Shown here: positions 18,227 to 27,366 of the stretch, one piece after another
Position numbering within the stretch: position 1 is the first letter of the stretch
Layout: every line of letters begins with the position of its first letter
Origin: Acidimicrobiia bacterium
GTDB taxonomy: Bacteria; Actinomycetota; Acidimicrobiia; IMCC26256; JAENVU01
Direction of reading: 5' to 3'
NCBI GenBank assembly: GCA_036502405.1
Contig: DASXYP010000031.1
Coordinates: forward strand, 21,799-85,798
Length of the DNA: 64,000 bases
The notes under the pieces: generated by a model
What the model was told of the DNA's origin: nothing
What the model saw: the letters and a program-made list of their open reading frames with translations, nothing else
Databases searched by the model: none
Made by a program: the position numbers and the translations under genes

Positions 18227-19009
18227 GTGGCGAAGACGACAGGACCGGTACGGGAGTGGGTCACGTTCCAGGACCCGAAGCGCAAGCGGCACGTGTGGCA
18301 CGTGGACATCACGTTCATGACGTCGCACTGGAGCTGCATCTTCGGCCAGGGCTGCCAGGGCGTGCTGACCGAGGAGGCGCCCGAGCTGGTCCAGGGCTGC
18401 TGCTCCTACGGCGCCCACGCATCGGGTGCGAAGGACCGCGCGCTGGTGAACCGGGCATCCAAGCTGCTCGACGACGACACGTGGCAGTTCCGCAAGCGGG
18501 CGAAGAAGCGGGGGATCTGGGTCAAGGTCGCCAAGGACGACTACCGGACGCGCCTGCACAAGGGCGCGTGCATCTTCCTCAACCGTCCCGGGTTCGCGAC
18601 CGGTCCCGGGTGCGCGCTGCACCAGCTCGCCGACCGCACCGGCCAGCACCACAGCGACCTCAAGCCCGAGGTGTGCTGGCAGCTCCCGTTGCGCAACATC
18701 GAGGAGTACGACGAGGACGCGGACGACGGCATCGTCTACCACCGCCTGACCGAGTTCGCGCGCCACGGCTGGGGCGAGGGCGGCGACGAGTTCGCGTGGT
18801 GGTGCACCGAGGAGCCGGCCGCATTCGTCGGGGGCGAGATGGTGTATCGCAGCCTCGAGCCGGAGCTGCGCAAGATGTGCGGCGACGATCTATTCGAGCG
18901 CATCGCCGCGTACCTCGACGAGCGGGTCGCGACCGGCCCCGCGCCGGTGCGTCACCCTTCGGAGCGACCCGTCGTCCTCGGGCCGACCCGCACGGCGCGC
19001 AGCGCCTGA
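18227..19009 (+). CDS. conserved Cys-rich hypothetical protein (possible metal/Fe-S binding)
   Basis: This is the distal part of ORF 16874..19009, started at GTG 18227 (VAKTTGPVREWVTFQDPKRKRHVWHVDITFMTSHWSCIFGQGCQGVL...GCCSYGAH...GACIFLNRPGFATGPGCALH...VCWQLPLR). GC3 is high. No function is known to me. Confidence 0.6.
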   Translation: MAKTTGPVREWVTFQDPKRKRHVWHVDITFMTSHWSCIFGQGCQGVLTEEAPELVQGCCSYGAHASGAKDRALVNRASKLLDDDTWQFRKRAKKRGIWVKVAKDDYRTRLHKGACIFLNRPGFATGPGCALHQLADRTGQHHSDLKPEVCWQLPLRNIEEYDEDADDGIVYHRLTEFARHGWGEGGDEFAWWCTEEPAAFVGGEMVYRSLEPELRKMCGDDLFERIAAYLDERVATGPAPVRHPSERPVVLGPTRTARSA

Positions 19010-19023
19010 CCGCAGTCCCCTCG

Positions 19024-19782
19024 ATGGCCGACGACACGACCGCCGAGCTGGTCGCCGATCTCGCCGCGGAGCAGGACGCGCTCGTCGGGCTGCTCGAGGC
19101 GATCGCCGCGGACGACTGGTTCCGGCCGACGCCCTCGTGGAGCTGGGACGTGCGTGACACCGTCGCCCACCTCGCCGACACCGACGAGCTCGCGGCCGAC
19201 ACCTGCACCGACGGGCCGCGGGCGTTGGCCACGGTCGCGGCGGCGTGCCCGTCCTCCGAAGACCTGACCCTGCTCGGGGTGCTGCGGGGCCGGCGGCGAC
19301 CCGGCGTCGAGGTGCTCGAGTGGTGGAAGCGCGCGCAGCGGGCCGAGCGCGCGGTGCTGCTCGATCTGGATCCCGCGACGCGCGTTCCCTGGGGTCTCGG
19401 CATGCGCCCACCGTCGTTCGTCACCGCGCGGCTCATGGAGACCTGGGCCCACTCGCTCGACGTCCACGCCGCACTCGGCATCACGCCGGTCGACACCGAC
19501 CGCCTCCGCCACGTCGCGTGGATCGGGATCCGGGCGCTTCCCTACGCCGCCTCGGTCGCGGGCGTCGCCCCGCCCGCCGGGCCGATCCGGGTCGATCTGA
19601 CGCTGCCATCGGGTGCGACCTGGTCCTCGGGGCCGGACGATGCGCCGGCACGCATCGCGGGGCCCGCGTCAGAGTTCTGCCGCGTGTTCGTGCAGCGCAT
19701 CCGGCTCCGCGATGCGTCGAAGCTCGCCGCCACGGGGGCCGACGCCGACCTCGCGCTGCGCGTGGCACGCTCGTACCTCTGA
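19024..19782 (+). CDS. DinB/maleylpyruvate-isomerase-like (mycothiol-dependent enzyme family, TIGR03084-like) protein
   Basis: ATG 19024 inside ORF 18256..19782 (MADDTTAELVADLAAEQDALVGLLEAI...WDVRDTVAHLADTDE...METWAHSLDV). Confidence 0.7.
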   Translation: MADDTTAELVADLAAEQDALVGLLEAIAADDWFRPTPSWSWDVRDTVAHLADTDELAADTCTDGPRALATVAAACPSSEDLTLLGVLRGRRRPGVEVLEWWKRAQRAERAVLLDLDPATRVPWGLGMRPPSFVTARLMETWAHSLDVHAALGITPVDTDRLRHVAWIGIRALPYAASVAGVAPPAGPIRVDLTLPSGATWSSGPDDAPARIAGPASEFCRVFVQRIRLRDASKLAATGADADLALRVARSYL

Positions 19783-19815
19783 CAACGTCCGATCCCGAAT
19801 CCGGAGCCATCCGCC

Positions 19816-20346
19816 ATGCCGCGGTACTCGTTCGAAGGCCTCACCCCCAGCGTCCACGAGACGGCGTTCATCGCCCCGACCGCGACCCTCGTGGGCGACG
19901 TCGTCATCGAGGAGGGGGCGTCGGTCTGGTACGGCGCGGTGCTCCGGGCCGACTACGCCCCGGTCGTCGTGCGGCGCGGCGCCAACATCCAGGACGGCGC
20001 CGTGCTCCACGGACCGCCCGGCCTCACGACCGAGATCGGACCGGGCGCGACGGTGGCGCACAACTGCGTGGTGCACGGCGCGATGGTCGGTGAGGAGGCC
20101 TTGATCGCCAACGGCACGATCGTGCTCGACGGTGCGACCGTCGGGGATCGGGCGCTCGTCGCGGCCGGATCCGTCGTCGCGGCGGGGGCGTCGATCCCCG
20201 CCGGGATGCTCGCGGCCGGTGCGCCCGCGGTCGTCAAGCGAGTCGTGAGCGGCTCGTCGGCCGAGTTCTGGGTCGTGGCCAACCCGCCCGCCTACGCGGA
20301 GCTCGCCCAGCGCCACCGCGCCGGGATCGAGTGGGTCGGCGACTGA
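19816..20346 (+). CDS. gamma-class carbonic anhydrase / hexapeptide-repeat family protein
   Basis: 176 aa. It has left-handed beta-helix repeats and the typical N-terminus (MPRYSFEGLTPSVHETAFIAPTATLVGDVVI...SVWYGAVLRAD). Confidence 0.85.
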   Translation: MPRYSFEGLTPSVHETAFIAPTATLVGDVVIEEGASVWYGAVLRADYAPVVVRRGANIQDGAVLHGPPGLTTEIGPGATVAHNCVVHGAMVGEEALIANGTIVLDGATVGDRALVAAGSVVAAGASIPAGMLAAGAPAVVKRVVSGSSAEFWVVANPPAYAELAQRHRAGIEWVGD

Positions 20347-20373
20347 CGACGGTCATCGACCGGAACCGCCGCG

Positions 20374-20416
20374 GTTTGTCCGATTGCCGCGCATAGTGAG
20401 CTGTTGTCGGACAAAC
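20374..20416. terminator. 10-bp inverted repeat between convergent genes
   Basis: GTTTGTCCGA (20374-20383) pairs perfectly with TCGGACAAAC (20407-20416), with a 23-nt loop. Confidence 0.35.
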
Positions 20417-20432
20417 AGAGGAACGCGCGGCG

Positions 20433-21176
20433 TCACCCGTGGACGAGTGCGCCTCCGTCGACGACCAGCGTCGCGCCGGTGATCCACGACGCCGCGTCCG
20501 AGCACAGGAACGCGGCCGCGCGGCCGATGTCCTCCGGCTCGCCGAGCCGGCGGAGCGGCATCGTCCGGGCCATCGCTTCCTCGTTCGCCTCCCACAGCGC
20601 GCGGGCCATGTCGGTCTTCACCAGCCCCGGAGCGATCGCGTTCACCCGGACCCCCGGCGCGAGCTCGGCGGCGAGCGTGCGGGTGAGGTGCAGCAGCGCA
20701 GCCTTGGTCGCGTTGTAGGCACCGATCGTCGGCTCGACCGACAGCCCGCCGACCGACGCGACGTTGAGGATCACCCCGCCGTGCTCCGCCATCGCGCGTT
20801 GCCACGCGAGCTGCGACCAGTACAGCGGGGCGCGCCAGTTGACCGCGACCGTCTTGTCGAGGCGGGGCAGGTCGATCTCGATCGTGGGACCCAGGTACGG
20901 GTTCGTCGCCGCGTTGTTCACCAGGATGTCCAGCCCACCGAACCGGTCCAACGTGGCGGCGACGCACGCCTCGGCCTGCTCCGGCTCCCCGGCGTTCGCC
21001 ACCGTCCAGGCGACCTCACCTTCGAGTCCCTTCGCGGCGGCGTCGAGGGCGTCCGCCTTCCGAGACGACAGCATCACCCGGGCACCCCCGGCCGCGAGCT
21101 CGGCCGCGATCGCGAGGCCGATGCCACGCGACGACCCGGTGACGAGCGCGACCTTTCCTTCGAAGCGGATTTCCAC
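20433..21176 (-). CDS. short-chain dehydrogenase/reductase (FabG-like)
   Basis: 247 aa. It has the cofactor motif VTGSSRGIG, NNAA, and a catalytic Y-x3-K (YNATKAAL). Confidence 0.85.
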   Translation of the reverse strand: MEIRFEGKVALVTGSSRGIGLAIAAELAAGGARVMLSSRKADALDAAAKGLEGEVAWTVANAGEPEQAEACVAATLDRFGGLDILVNNAATNPYLGPTIEIDLPRLDKTVAVNWRAPLYWSQLAWQRAMAEHGGVILNVASVGGLSVEPTIGAYNATKAALLHLTRTLAAELAPGVRVNAIAPGLVKTDMARALWEANEEAMARTMPLRRLGEPEDIGRAAAFLCSDAASWITGATLVVDGGALVHG

Positions 21177-21182
21177 GATGCG

Positions 21183-21551
21183 TTAGAGGTAGAGCCCGGT
21201 CTGACCGGTGGCCCGCTCCGACGCGATCGCGTGCACGTCGCGCTCGCGCAGGATCAGGTACTCGTCGGCCCGGATCTCCACCTCGAACCCGGCATCGGGC
21301 GCGAAGAGCACGTGGTCCCCCGGTTCGACGTTGCGAACGGTCGGGCCGACCTGCACGACCTCGGCCCAGACGAGCCGGCGGTGGACGTCGGCGGTGGCGG
21401 GGATGAGGATCCCCGCGCGGGACTTGCGCTCGCCGAGCTCGTCGGACGGTTGCACGAGCAGGCGGTCGGCGGCCATGCGGATCGACTGCTTGGTCTCGTC
21501 GTCCCGGATCGAAGCGCGTGCAGCAGCCCGGATCGGTGTCGGATCGGCCAT
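21183..21551 (-). CDS. GroES/Cpn10-family small protein (divergent, with possible N-terminal extension)
   Basis: This is the distal part of ORF 21183..22679. The core (...DRLLVQPSDELGERKSRAGILIPATA...AEVVQVGP...GDHVLF...) follows the Cpn10 pattern. The start is ATG 21551 or ATG 21476. Confidence 0.6.
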   Translation of the reverse strand: MADPTPIRAAARASIRDDETKQSIRMAADRLLVQPSDELGERKSRAGILIPATADVHRRLVWAEVVQVGPTVRNVEPGDHVLFAPDAGFEVEIRADEYLILRERDVHAIASERATGQTGLYL

Positions 21552-21587
21552 GCCGGGCAGGTTACCGCCCACCTGAGAACTCCCTGG

Positions 21588-22592
21588 ATGCTTCGTGAGG
21601 CGCCGGACCCCCCTGCTACCGTCGCCCCCGTGGCGGCACTCCCGGACGACTTCTCGCCTCGCGCGACGTCGAAGCCGGGTCCCGTCGAACCCGAACCGGC
21701 CGGCGACGCGCCCGTCGTGCGGACCCGCTCGACCGTCCGGGCGTACTTCCTCCTCACCAAGCCGCGGGTCATCGAGCTGCTGCTGGTCACCACGGTCCCG
21801 GCGATGATCCTGGGCGAGGAGGGCCTGCCCGCCCTGTGGCTGATCGCGGTCGTCCTCCTGGGCGGCGCGATGGCCGCCGGTGGCGCCAACACCATCAACT
21901 GCTGGATCGAGCGAGACCGGGACAGCATCATGCGGCGGACTCACGGCCGCCCCCTTCCCGCGGGTGACGTGAACCCGACGGGCGCGCTCGTCTTCGGGCT
22001 CGTGCTCGAAGCCGCCGCGTTCGCGCTGCTCTGGTCCACGGTGAACCTGCTCTCGGCCTGTCTCGCGGTCAGCGCCACGCTCTTCTACGTGTTCGTGTAC
22101 ACGCTCTGGCTCAAGCCCCGCAGCACCCAGAACATCGTCATCGGGGGTGCGGCCGGCGCGGTGCCGGTGCTGGTCGGCTGGGCCGCGGTCACCGGCTCGC
22201 TCGCCGCACCGGCGTGGCTGATGTTCGCGATCATCTTCTTCTGGACCCCGCCGCACTTCTGGGCGCTCTCGATCCGGTACCGGGACGACTACGCCGCGGC
22301 GGGCATCCCGATGCTCCCCGTCGTGCGGGGCATCCCCGCCGCGGCGCGCCAGATCATCGTGTACTCCTTCGTGGTGACCGCGGTCTCGTTGCTGCTCGCG
22401 GCCGACTCGACGCTCACGTGGGGCTACGTCGCCGCAGCCGCGGTGCTCGGGCTCGCGTTCATCGTCCAGGCGATCCGGCTGGGACGGGATCCCACCCCCC
22501 AGCGCGCGATCAAGCTGTTCACGTTCTCGAACCTGTACCTCGCGCTCCTGTTCGCGGCCATTGCCATCGACACCCTCGTCCACTTCGCCTGA
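21588..22592 (+). CDS. ctaB: protoheme IX farnesyltransferase (heme O synthase)
   Basis: ATG 21588 inside ORF 20439..22592. It is a UbiA-family polytopic membrane protein (...YFLLTKPRVIELLL...NCWIERDRDSIMRRTHGRPLP...FFWTPPHFWALS...). Confidence 0.9.
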   Translation: MLREAPDPPATVAPVAALPDDFSPRATSKPGPVEPEPAGDAPVVRTRSTVRAYFLLTKPRVIELLLVTTVPAMILGEEGLPALWLIAVVLLGGAMAAGGANTINCWIERDRDSIMRRTHGRPLPAGDVNPTGALVFGLVLEAAAFALLWSTVNLLSACLAVSATLFYVFVYTLWLKPRSTQNIVIGGAAGAVPVLVGWAAVTGSLAAPAWLMFAIIFFWTPPHFWALSIRYRDDYAAAGIPMLPVVRGIPAAARQIIVYSFVVTAVSLLLAADSTLTWGYVAAAAVLGLAFIVQAIRLGRDPTPQRAIKLFTFSNLYLALLFAAIAIDTLVHFA

Positions 22593-23181
22593 CGCTCCTG
22601 GGCGGAGGCGCTTCGGGACCGGCGCTCTCGTGCTCGTCGGCGTCGTCGTCCTCGCGGTGATCGCGGTGGTGGCGACCATCAGCGCGAGCAGCGGTGACTC
22701 GAATGGCGCCGATCCGAAGCCGGTGAAGACGTCGACCGCCGGTGTCGCGCCGAAGGGGTCGCAGGCCCCGGACTTCGACCTGCCTCAGCTGCGCGACCCG
22801 GGCCGCGTCCGGCTCGCAGACCTCCACGGCCGGCCCGTGATCGTCAACTTCTGGGCGTCGTGGTGCATCCCGTGCCGCAAGGAGTTCCCGCTGTTCCGCA
22901 CCACCCAGGCCAAGTACCGCGCTCAGGGCCTGCAGATCGTCGGCATCACGTTCAAGGACCTGTCCGGCGACGCCCGGGCGTTCGCGAAGCGGCAGCGGGC
23001 CAACTGGACGCTCGCCCCCGGCGGCGACGGCGACCCGGTCGGCAAGGCCTACGGCATCCGTGCGCTGCCCCAGACGATCTTCATCGACCGCCGGGGCACG
23101 ATCACGAGCCGGTTCTTCGGCGCTCCGAACGGTGCCGACCTCGACCATGAGGTCCGCAAGATCATCGACTCACGCGCCTGA
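22561..23181 (+). CDS. TlpA/ResA-like membrane-anchored thiol-disulfide oxidoreductase
   Basis: It has one N-terminal TM segment and a thioredoxin fold with FWASWCIPCRKEFP. The start is uncertain: TTG 22561 overlaps ctaB by 32 nt, and GTG 22630 is the alternative. Confidence 0.8.
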   Translation: MPSTPSSTSPDAPGRRRFGTGALVLVGVVVLAVIAVVATISASSGDSNGADPKPVKTSTAGVAPKGSQAPDFDLPQLRDPGRVRLADLHGRPVIVNFWASWCIPCRKEFPLFRTTQAKYRAQGLQIVGITFKDLSGDARAFAKRQRANWTLAPGGDGDPVGKAYGIRALPQTIFIDRRGTITSRFFGAPNGADLDHEVRKIIDSRA

Positions 23182-23193
23182 CCCGCGCTCTGG

Positions 23194-23922
23194 TCACTCC
23201 TCCCAGCGGAACGCGCGGATCGCGACGAGGGGCGCACCGACCGCCCAGGCCAGGAGCACGAGCAGCTCGCCGACCGGGATGTGCGACGGGCTCGCGAGCG
23301 CGCCGCGCACGCACTCCGAGAGCGCAGCCGCCGGCAGGGCCTTGGCGACGAGCTCGAGCGCATCGGGGAGCTTGTCGAGCGGGTAGGCCATGCCGCCGAG
23401 GAAGAGCAGCACGAGGAACAGTCCGTTCGCGGCGGCCAGGTTGGCCTCGGCCCGCAAGGTGCCGGCCATGAGCATCCCGATGCCCGCGAACGCGACCGTC
23501 CCGATCAGCAGGAGTCCCAGCGCCGGCAGGATGCCCGCCGTCGCGTGCCACCCCAGCGCGACGCCGGTGCCGAGGATGAGGACGGCCTGCAGGACCTCGA
23601 TCGCGAGGACGTTGGCGGTCTTCGCGGTGAGGAGGCCGGCGCGGGACAGCGGCGTCACGCCGAGGCGCTTGAGCACGCCGTACCGCCGCTCGAACCCGGT
23701 CGCGATCCCGAGGCTCACCATCGCGGTCGACATCACCGCGAGGGCGAGGACGCCGGGAACGAGGAAGTCGATGCTGCTGCCCGTGACCTTCACCGCGTCG
23801 ACCTTGGAGAAGAACACGAGGATGCCGAGGGGGATGACGAGCGTGACGAGCAGGCTCTCGCCCCGTCGCATCGTCATCATCAGCTCGATGCGGGTCTGGG
23901 CCGCGACCGCGGGACGGTTCAC
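23194..23922 (-). CDS. ABC-2 type transporter permease
   Basis: This is the distal part of ORF 23194..24432, started at GTG 23922 (VNRPAVAAQTRIELMMTMRRGESLL...). It has six hydrophobic spans. It overlaps the ATPase stop (GTGA). Confidence 0.8.
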   Translation of the reverse strand: MNRPAVAAQTRIELMMTMRRGESLLVTLVIPLGILVFFSKVDAVKVTGSSIDFLVPGVLALAVMSTAMVSLGIATGFERRYGVLKRLGVTPLSRAGLLTAKTANVLAIEVLQAVLILGTGVALGWHATAGILPALGLLLIGTVAFAGIGMLMAGTLRAEANLAAANGLFLVLLFLGGMAYPLDKLPDALELVAKALPAAALSECVRGALASPSHIPVGELLVLLAWAVGAPLVAIRAFRWEE

Positions 23923-24848
23923 CGCCCGTCCTCCCGGGTCAGCTGGAGGAAGACCTCTTCGAGGGTCGCGCGCTCGGTGCGCAGCTCGGTGAGCCCGTAG
24001 CCCTTGTCCCGCAGCCAGACCGCGAGGTCGGCGACGAGCTCCGGGGTCATCGCGGCGCGGATCGTGTACTCCCCGGGGCGCTCCTCGAGCACCTCGGCCG
24101 CCGGGAGGCTCATGGCCGCGGCCAGTGCGGGCAGGTCCAGGCCGGCGGTCGTCGAGAAGTGGAGGTCGCGGCCGCCGATGTCGGTGATGTCCGCAGGCGT
24201 GCCCTCGAGGACGATCCGCCCGTGGTCGATGATCGCGAGCTGGTCGCAGAGGTGCTCGGCCTCGTCCATGTGGTGGGTCGTGAGCACGACCGTGGTGCCG
24301 GCGTCGCGCAGCTCGCGCACCAGCTGCCAGGTCGTCGCCCGGGCGCGAGGGTCCATGCCCGCAGTCGGTTCGTCGAGGAACACGAGCTCCGGGCGACCGA
24401 CGAGCGCGAGGGCGAGCGAGAGGCGCTGGCACTCACCCCCGGAGAGCCGGCGGACGTACGTGCCGGCCACCTCGCGCAGGCCCACGAGGTCGAGGAGCCG
24501 TTCGGGGTCGTCGGGATCCGGGTAGAACGCGGCGAAGAGGTGCAGTGCCTCGAGCGGGCGCACGCCCGGGTACAGGCCACCCTCCTGGAGCATGACCCCG
24601 ATGCGGCCGCGCAGCGCGGGCCCGTCGTGCTGCGGGTCGAGCCCGAGCACGCGCACGGTCCCGCCGTCCGGCTTGCGGTAGCCCTCGAGCGTCTCGACCG
24701 TCGACGTCTTGCCCGCACCATTGGGCCCGAGCAGGCCGAACACCGCACCGGTCGGGATGCGCAGGTCGATGCCGTCGACGGCGCGGCGATCGCCGTAGCG
24801 CTTCTCGAGCCCGGCGACCTCGATCGCCCACTGGGCTCCGCCATCCAT
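23919..24848 (-). CDS. ABC transporter ATP-binding protein (DrrA-like)
   Basis: 309 aa with Walker A (GPNGAGKTS), the signature motif (LSGGECQR) and Walker B (LVFLDEPT). Confidence 0.9.
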   Translation of the reverse strand: MDGGAQWAIEVAGLEKRYGDRRAVDGIDLRIPTGAVFGLLGPNGAGKTSTVETLEGYRKPDGGTVRVLGLDPQHDGPALRGRIGVMLQEGGLYPGVRPLEALHLFAAFYPDPDDPERLLDLVGLREVAGTYVRRLSGGECQRLSLALALVGRPELVFLDEPTAGMDPRARATTWQLVRELRDAGTTVVLTTHHMDEAEHLCDQLAIIDHGRIVLEGTPADITDIGGRDLHFSTTAGLDLPALAAAMSLPAAEVLEERPGEYTIRAAMTPELVADLAVWLRDKGYGLTELRTERATLEEVFLQLTREDGR

Positions 24849-24917
24849 CGTCGGATCAGCCTATCGGCGGGTGCCCGGCCGCCCAGGTTCGCGTCAGGCC
24901 TCGCCCCGACGGACCCG

Positions 24918-25997
24918 TCAGCGGTCGCGCCAGGCGACGAAGCGGCCCAGATCGGCCAGCGCGGCCTTGGCGGCGTCCGTGATCGGGATCGGGTCGAGCG
25001 CCGCGAGGGCCTCGTCCACGAGCCGCCGGATGGACGCCTCGATCTCGGCGACCGCGCCGCTCGCGACCAGCACGTCAGAGATGCCCGCGATCTCGTCGGC
25101 CGAGAGCTCGCCGGCACCGACGCGCTCGAGCAGGCGACGATCCTCGCCGGAGGTGCGGACGGACGCGGCGGCGAGCAGGGGCGTGAGCTTGCCTTCCCGC
25201 AGGTCGTCGCCGACCGGCTTGCCGATGACCGCCTCGCTGCCGAAGAGGCCGAGGAGGTCGTCGCGCAGCTGGAACGCCTCGCCCAGCGGGAGGCCGAACG
25301 CGCTGAGCGGGGCCTGCAGCTCGTCGAGCCGGCCCGCGAGGGCCGCGCCGAGGTGGAGCGGACGCTCGACGGTGTACTTCCCCGACTTGTACCACTCGAT
25401 GGTCCGGGCCAGGCCGGCGTCGCGACCCCCGGCCGCGGTCGCGCTGAGGTCGAGGTACTGCCCGACGCACAGCTCGATCCGGAGCTCGTCGAAGATCGTG
25501 CGCGCGTCGGCCGGGATGTCGCGCATGAGCACGTCGGCGTACACGAACGCGAAGTCACCCACGAGGATCGCCGCGCCTTCGCCGAACCGGCGTGACGGGC
25601 CCCGCCACCCCTCGGCCCGGTGCTGCTGGATGAACGCCTGGTGCACCGCGGGCTCGCCGCGACGCCGGTCGGAGCCGTCCATGATGTCGTCGTGCACGAG
25701 CGCGAAGCTGTGCAGCAGCTCGAGCGCCGCCCCGGCGTCGACCGCGATCGCCGCGTCCTCGTCGCCACCTGCGCCGACGTACGCCCAGTGGCAGAACGCC
25801 GGCCGGAGGCGCTTGCCACCCGACACGACGAGCGTGCGCAGCGCGTCGAGCGCGCGGACGAGCGACGGGTCCACGTCACGCCAGCGCTCGGTCTCCGCGT
25901 CGAGCAGCACGCGGATGCGGCGCTCGGCCCGCGCGCCGACCGCCGCGAGGCTCGCAGGAGCGTCGGCCCCCACGGTGTCGCGATCGGCACTGCTCAT
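24918..25997 (-). CDS. polyprenyl diphosphate synthase (FPP/GGPP synthase family)
   Basis: Both Asp-rich motifs are present (LVHDDIMDGSDRRRG and FQLRDDLLG). I prefer ATG 25997 over ATG 26036 because the first 13 codons of the longer ORF have poor GC3. Confidence 0.9.
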   Translation of the reverse strand: MSSADRDTVGADAPASLAAVGARAERRIRVLLDAETERWRDVDPSLVRALDALRTLVVSGGKRLRPAFCHWAYVGAGGDEDAAIAVDAGAALELLHSFALVHDDIMDGSDRRRGEPAVHQAFIQQHRAEGWRGPSRRFGEGAAILVGDFAFVYADVLMRDIPADARTIFDELRIELCVGQYLDLSATAAGGRDAGLARTIEWYKSGKYTVERPLHLGAALAGRLDELQAPLSAFGLPLGEAFQLRDDLLGLFGSEAVIGKPVGDDLREGKLTPLLAAASVRTSGEDRRLLERVGAGELSADEIAGISDVLVASGAVAEIEASIRRLVDEALAALDPIPITDAAKAALADLGRFVAWRDR

Positions 25998-26093
25998 CGC
26001 GGGCACCCTAGGTCCGGCCCCGAACCATCCGGACATCGGGCGGAGGCCCGATCCTCGCTACGATTCGCCCTCCGCGGGACGAGGAGACGTCGC

Positions 26094-27311
26094 ATGACCG
26101 AGGCCAGCACGCTCGAAGACTTCGCCGCGGAGGCGAAGCACTTCCTCGACGCCAACGCCGCGGTGCGGGGCGAGGAGAAGTTCGTCTGGGGCGAGGGCTC
26201 GGACTCGGTCGGCGTGCTCGACGAGAAGACCGCCGACGAGGAGCTCGAGGAGATCGCCGAGGCCAAGACGTGGAAGGCCAAGGAGTTCGACGCCGGGTTC
26301 GGGTGGATCACCGGGCCCGAGGAGTACGGCGGGCGGGCGTTGCCGGTCGACTACGAGCGCCGGTACCGCGAGGTGTCGGGCGGCTACCGGACGCCGAGCA
26401 CGACCGCGTTCGGCATCGGGCTCGGAATGGTCGCGCCGACGATCCTCGCTCATGCGATCCCCGAGGTGCGCGAGCGCTACCTGCGCTCGATGTACCGCGG
26501 CGACATCGTCGGCTGCCAGCTGTTCTCCGAGCCGGTTGCCGGGTCGGATCTCGCCGGCATCCAGACCCGCGCCGAGCGCGACGGCGACGAGTGGATCGTC
26601 AGCGGCCAGAAGGTGTGGACCTCGGGGGCGCAGTACTCCGACATCGGCGAGATCATCACCCGCACCGATCCTGACAAGCCCAAGCACAAGGGCCTCACGA
26701 TGCTGCTGGTGGACATGCACGCGCCGGGCATCGAGGTCCGGCCGCTGCGCCAGATGACCGGCGGCGCGACGTTCAACGAGGTGTTCTTCGACGAGGTGCG
26801 GGTCCCGGACTCCCACCGGCTCGGCGACGTCGACGAAGGCTGGACGGTCGCGCTCACGACCCTGATGAACGAGCGCGCCGCGATCGGTGGCGGCGGCGCC
26901 GGCGTCGGCACGATGAACTTCACCCGCTTCGTGGAGCTCGCCCACCACCTCGGCGTCGATCGCGACCCGCTGGTGCGCCAGGGGCTCGCGGACGTGTACA
27001 TCCGGACGACGGTCGCGAAGTACACGAACCTGCGGGGCATGGCGAAGATCCGCGCCGGCCAGCTGCCGGGCCCGGAGATGTCGATCGGCAAGCTCGCGCT
27101 CACCCAGAACATGACCCGCCTCGGCGAGGTGCTCTCCGAGATGCTCGGCCCGCGCCTCGCCGCGGACTCGGGCGAGTGGGGCACCTACGCCTGGCACGAG
27201 TTCCTGCTCGGCGTCCCCGGCATGCGCGTCGCGGGCGGCACCGACGAGATCATGCGCAACATCGTCGGCGAGCGCGTCCTCGGCCTGCCCAAGGAGCCCA
27301 GGCCCGCGTAG
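26094..27311 (+). CDS. acyl-CoA dehydrogenase family protein
   Basis: ATG 26094 inside ORF 25620..27311 (...QLFSEPVAGSDLAGIQTRAERDGDEWIVSGQKVWTSGA...GGTDEIMRNIVGERVLGLP). Confidence 0.9.
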   Translation: MTEASTLEDFAAEAKHFLDANAAVRGEEKFVWGEGSDSVGVLDEKTADEELEEIAEAKTWKAKEFDAGFGWITGPEEYGGRALPVDYERRYREVSGGYRTPSTTAFGIGLGMVAPTILAHAIPEVRERYLRSMYRGDIVGCQLFSEPVAGSDLAGIQTRAERDGDEWIVSGQKVWTSGAQYSDIGEIITRTDPDKPKHKGLTMLLVDMHAPGIEVRPLRQMTGGATFNEVFFDEVRVPDSHRLGDVDEGWTVALTTLMNERAAIGGGGAGVGTMNFTRFVELAHHLGVDRDPLVRQGLADVYIRTTVAKYTNLRGMAKIRAGQLPGPEMSIGKLALTQNMTRLGEVLSEMLGPRLAADSGEWGTYAWHEFLLGVPGMRVAGGTDEIMRNIVGERVLGLPKEPRPA

Positions 27312-27366
27312 CGGGTTCCCGTCCGGGGTCAGAGCGCGGGGGTGGGGTGCGGTCGCGTGCCGTGTC

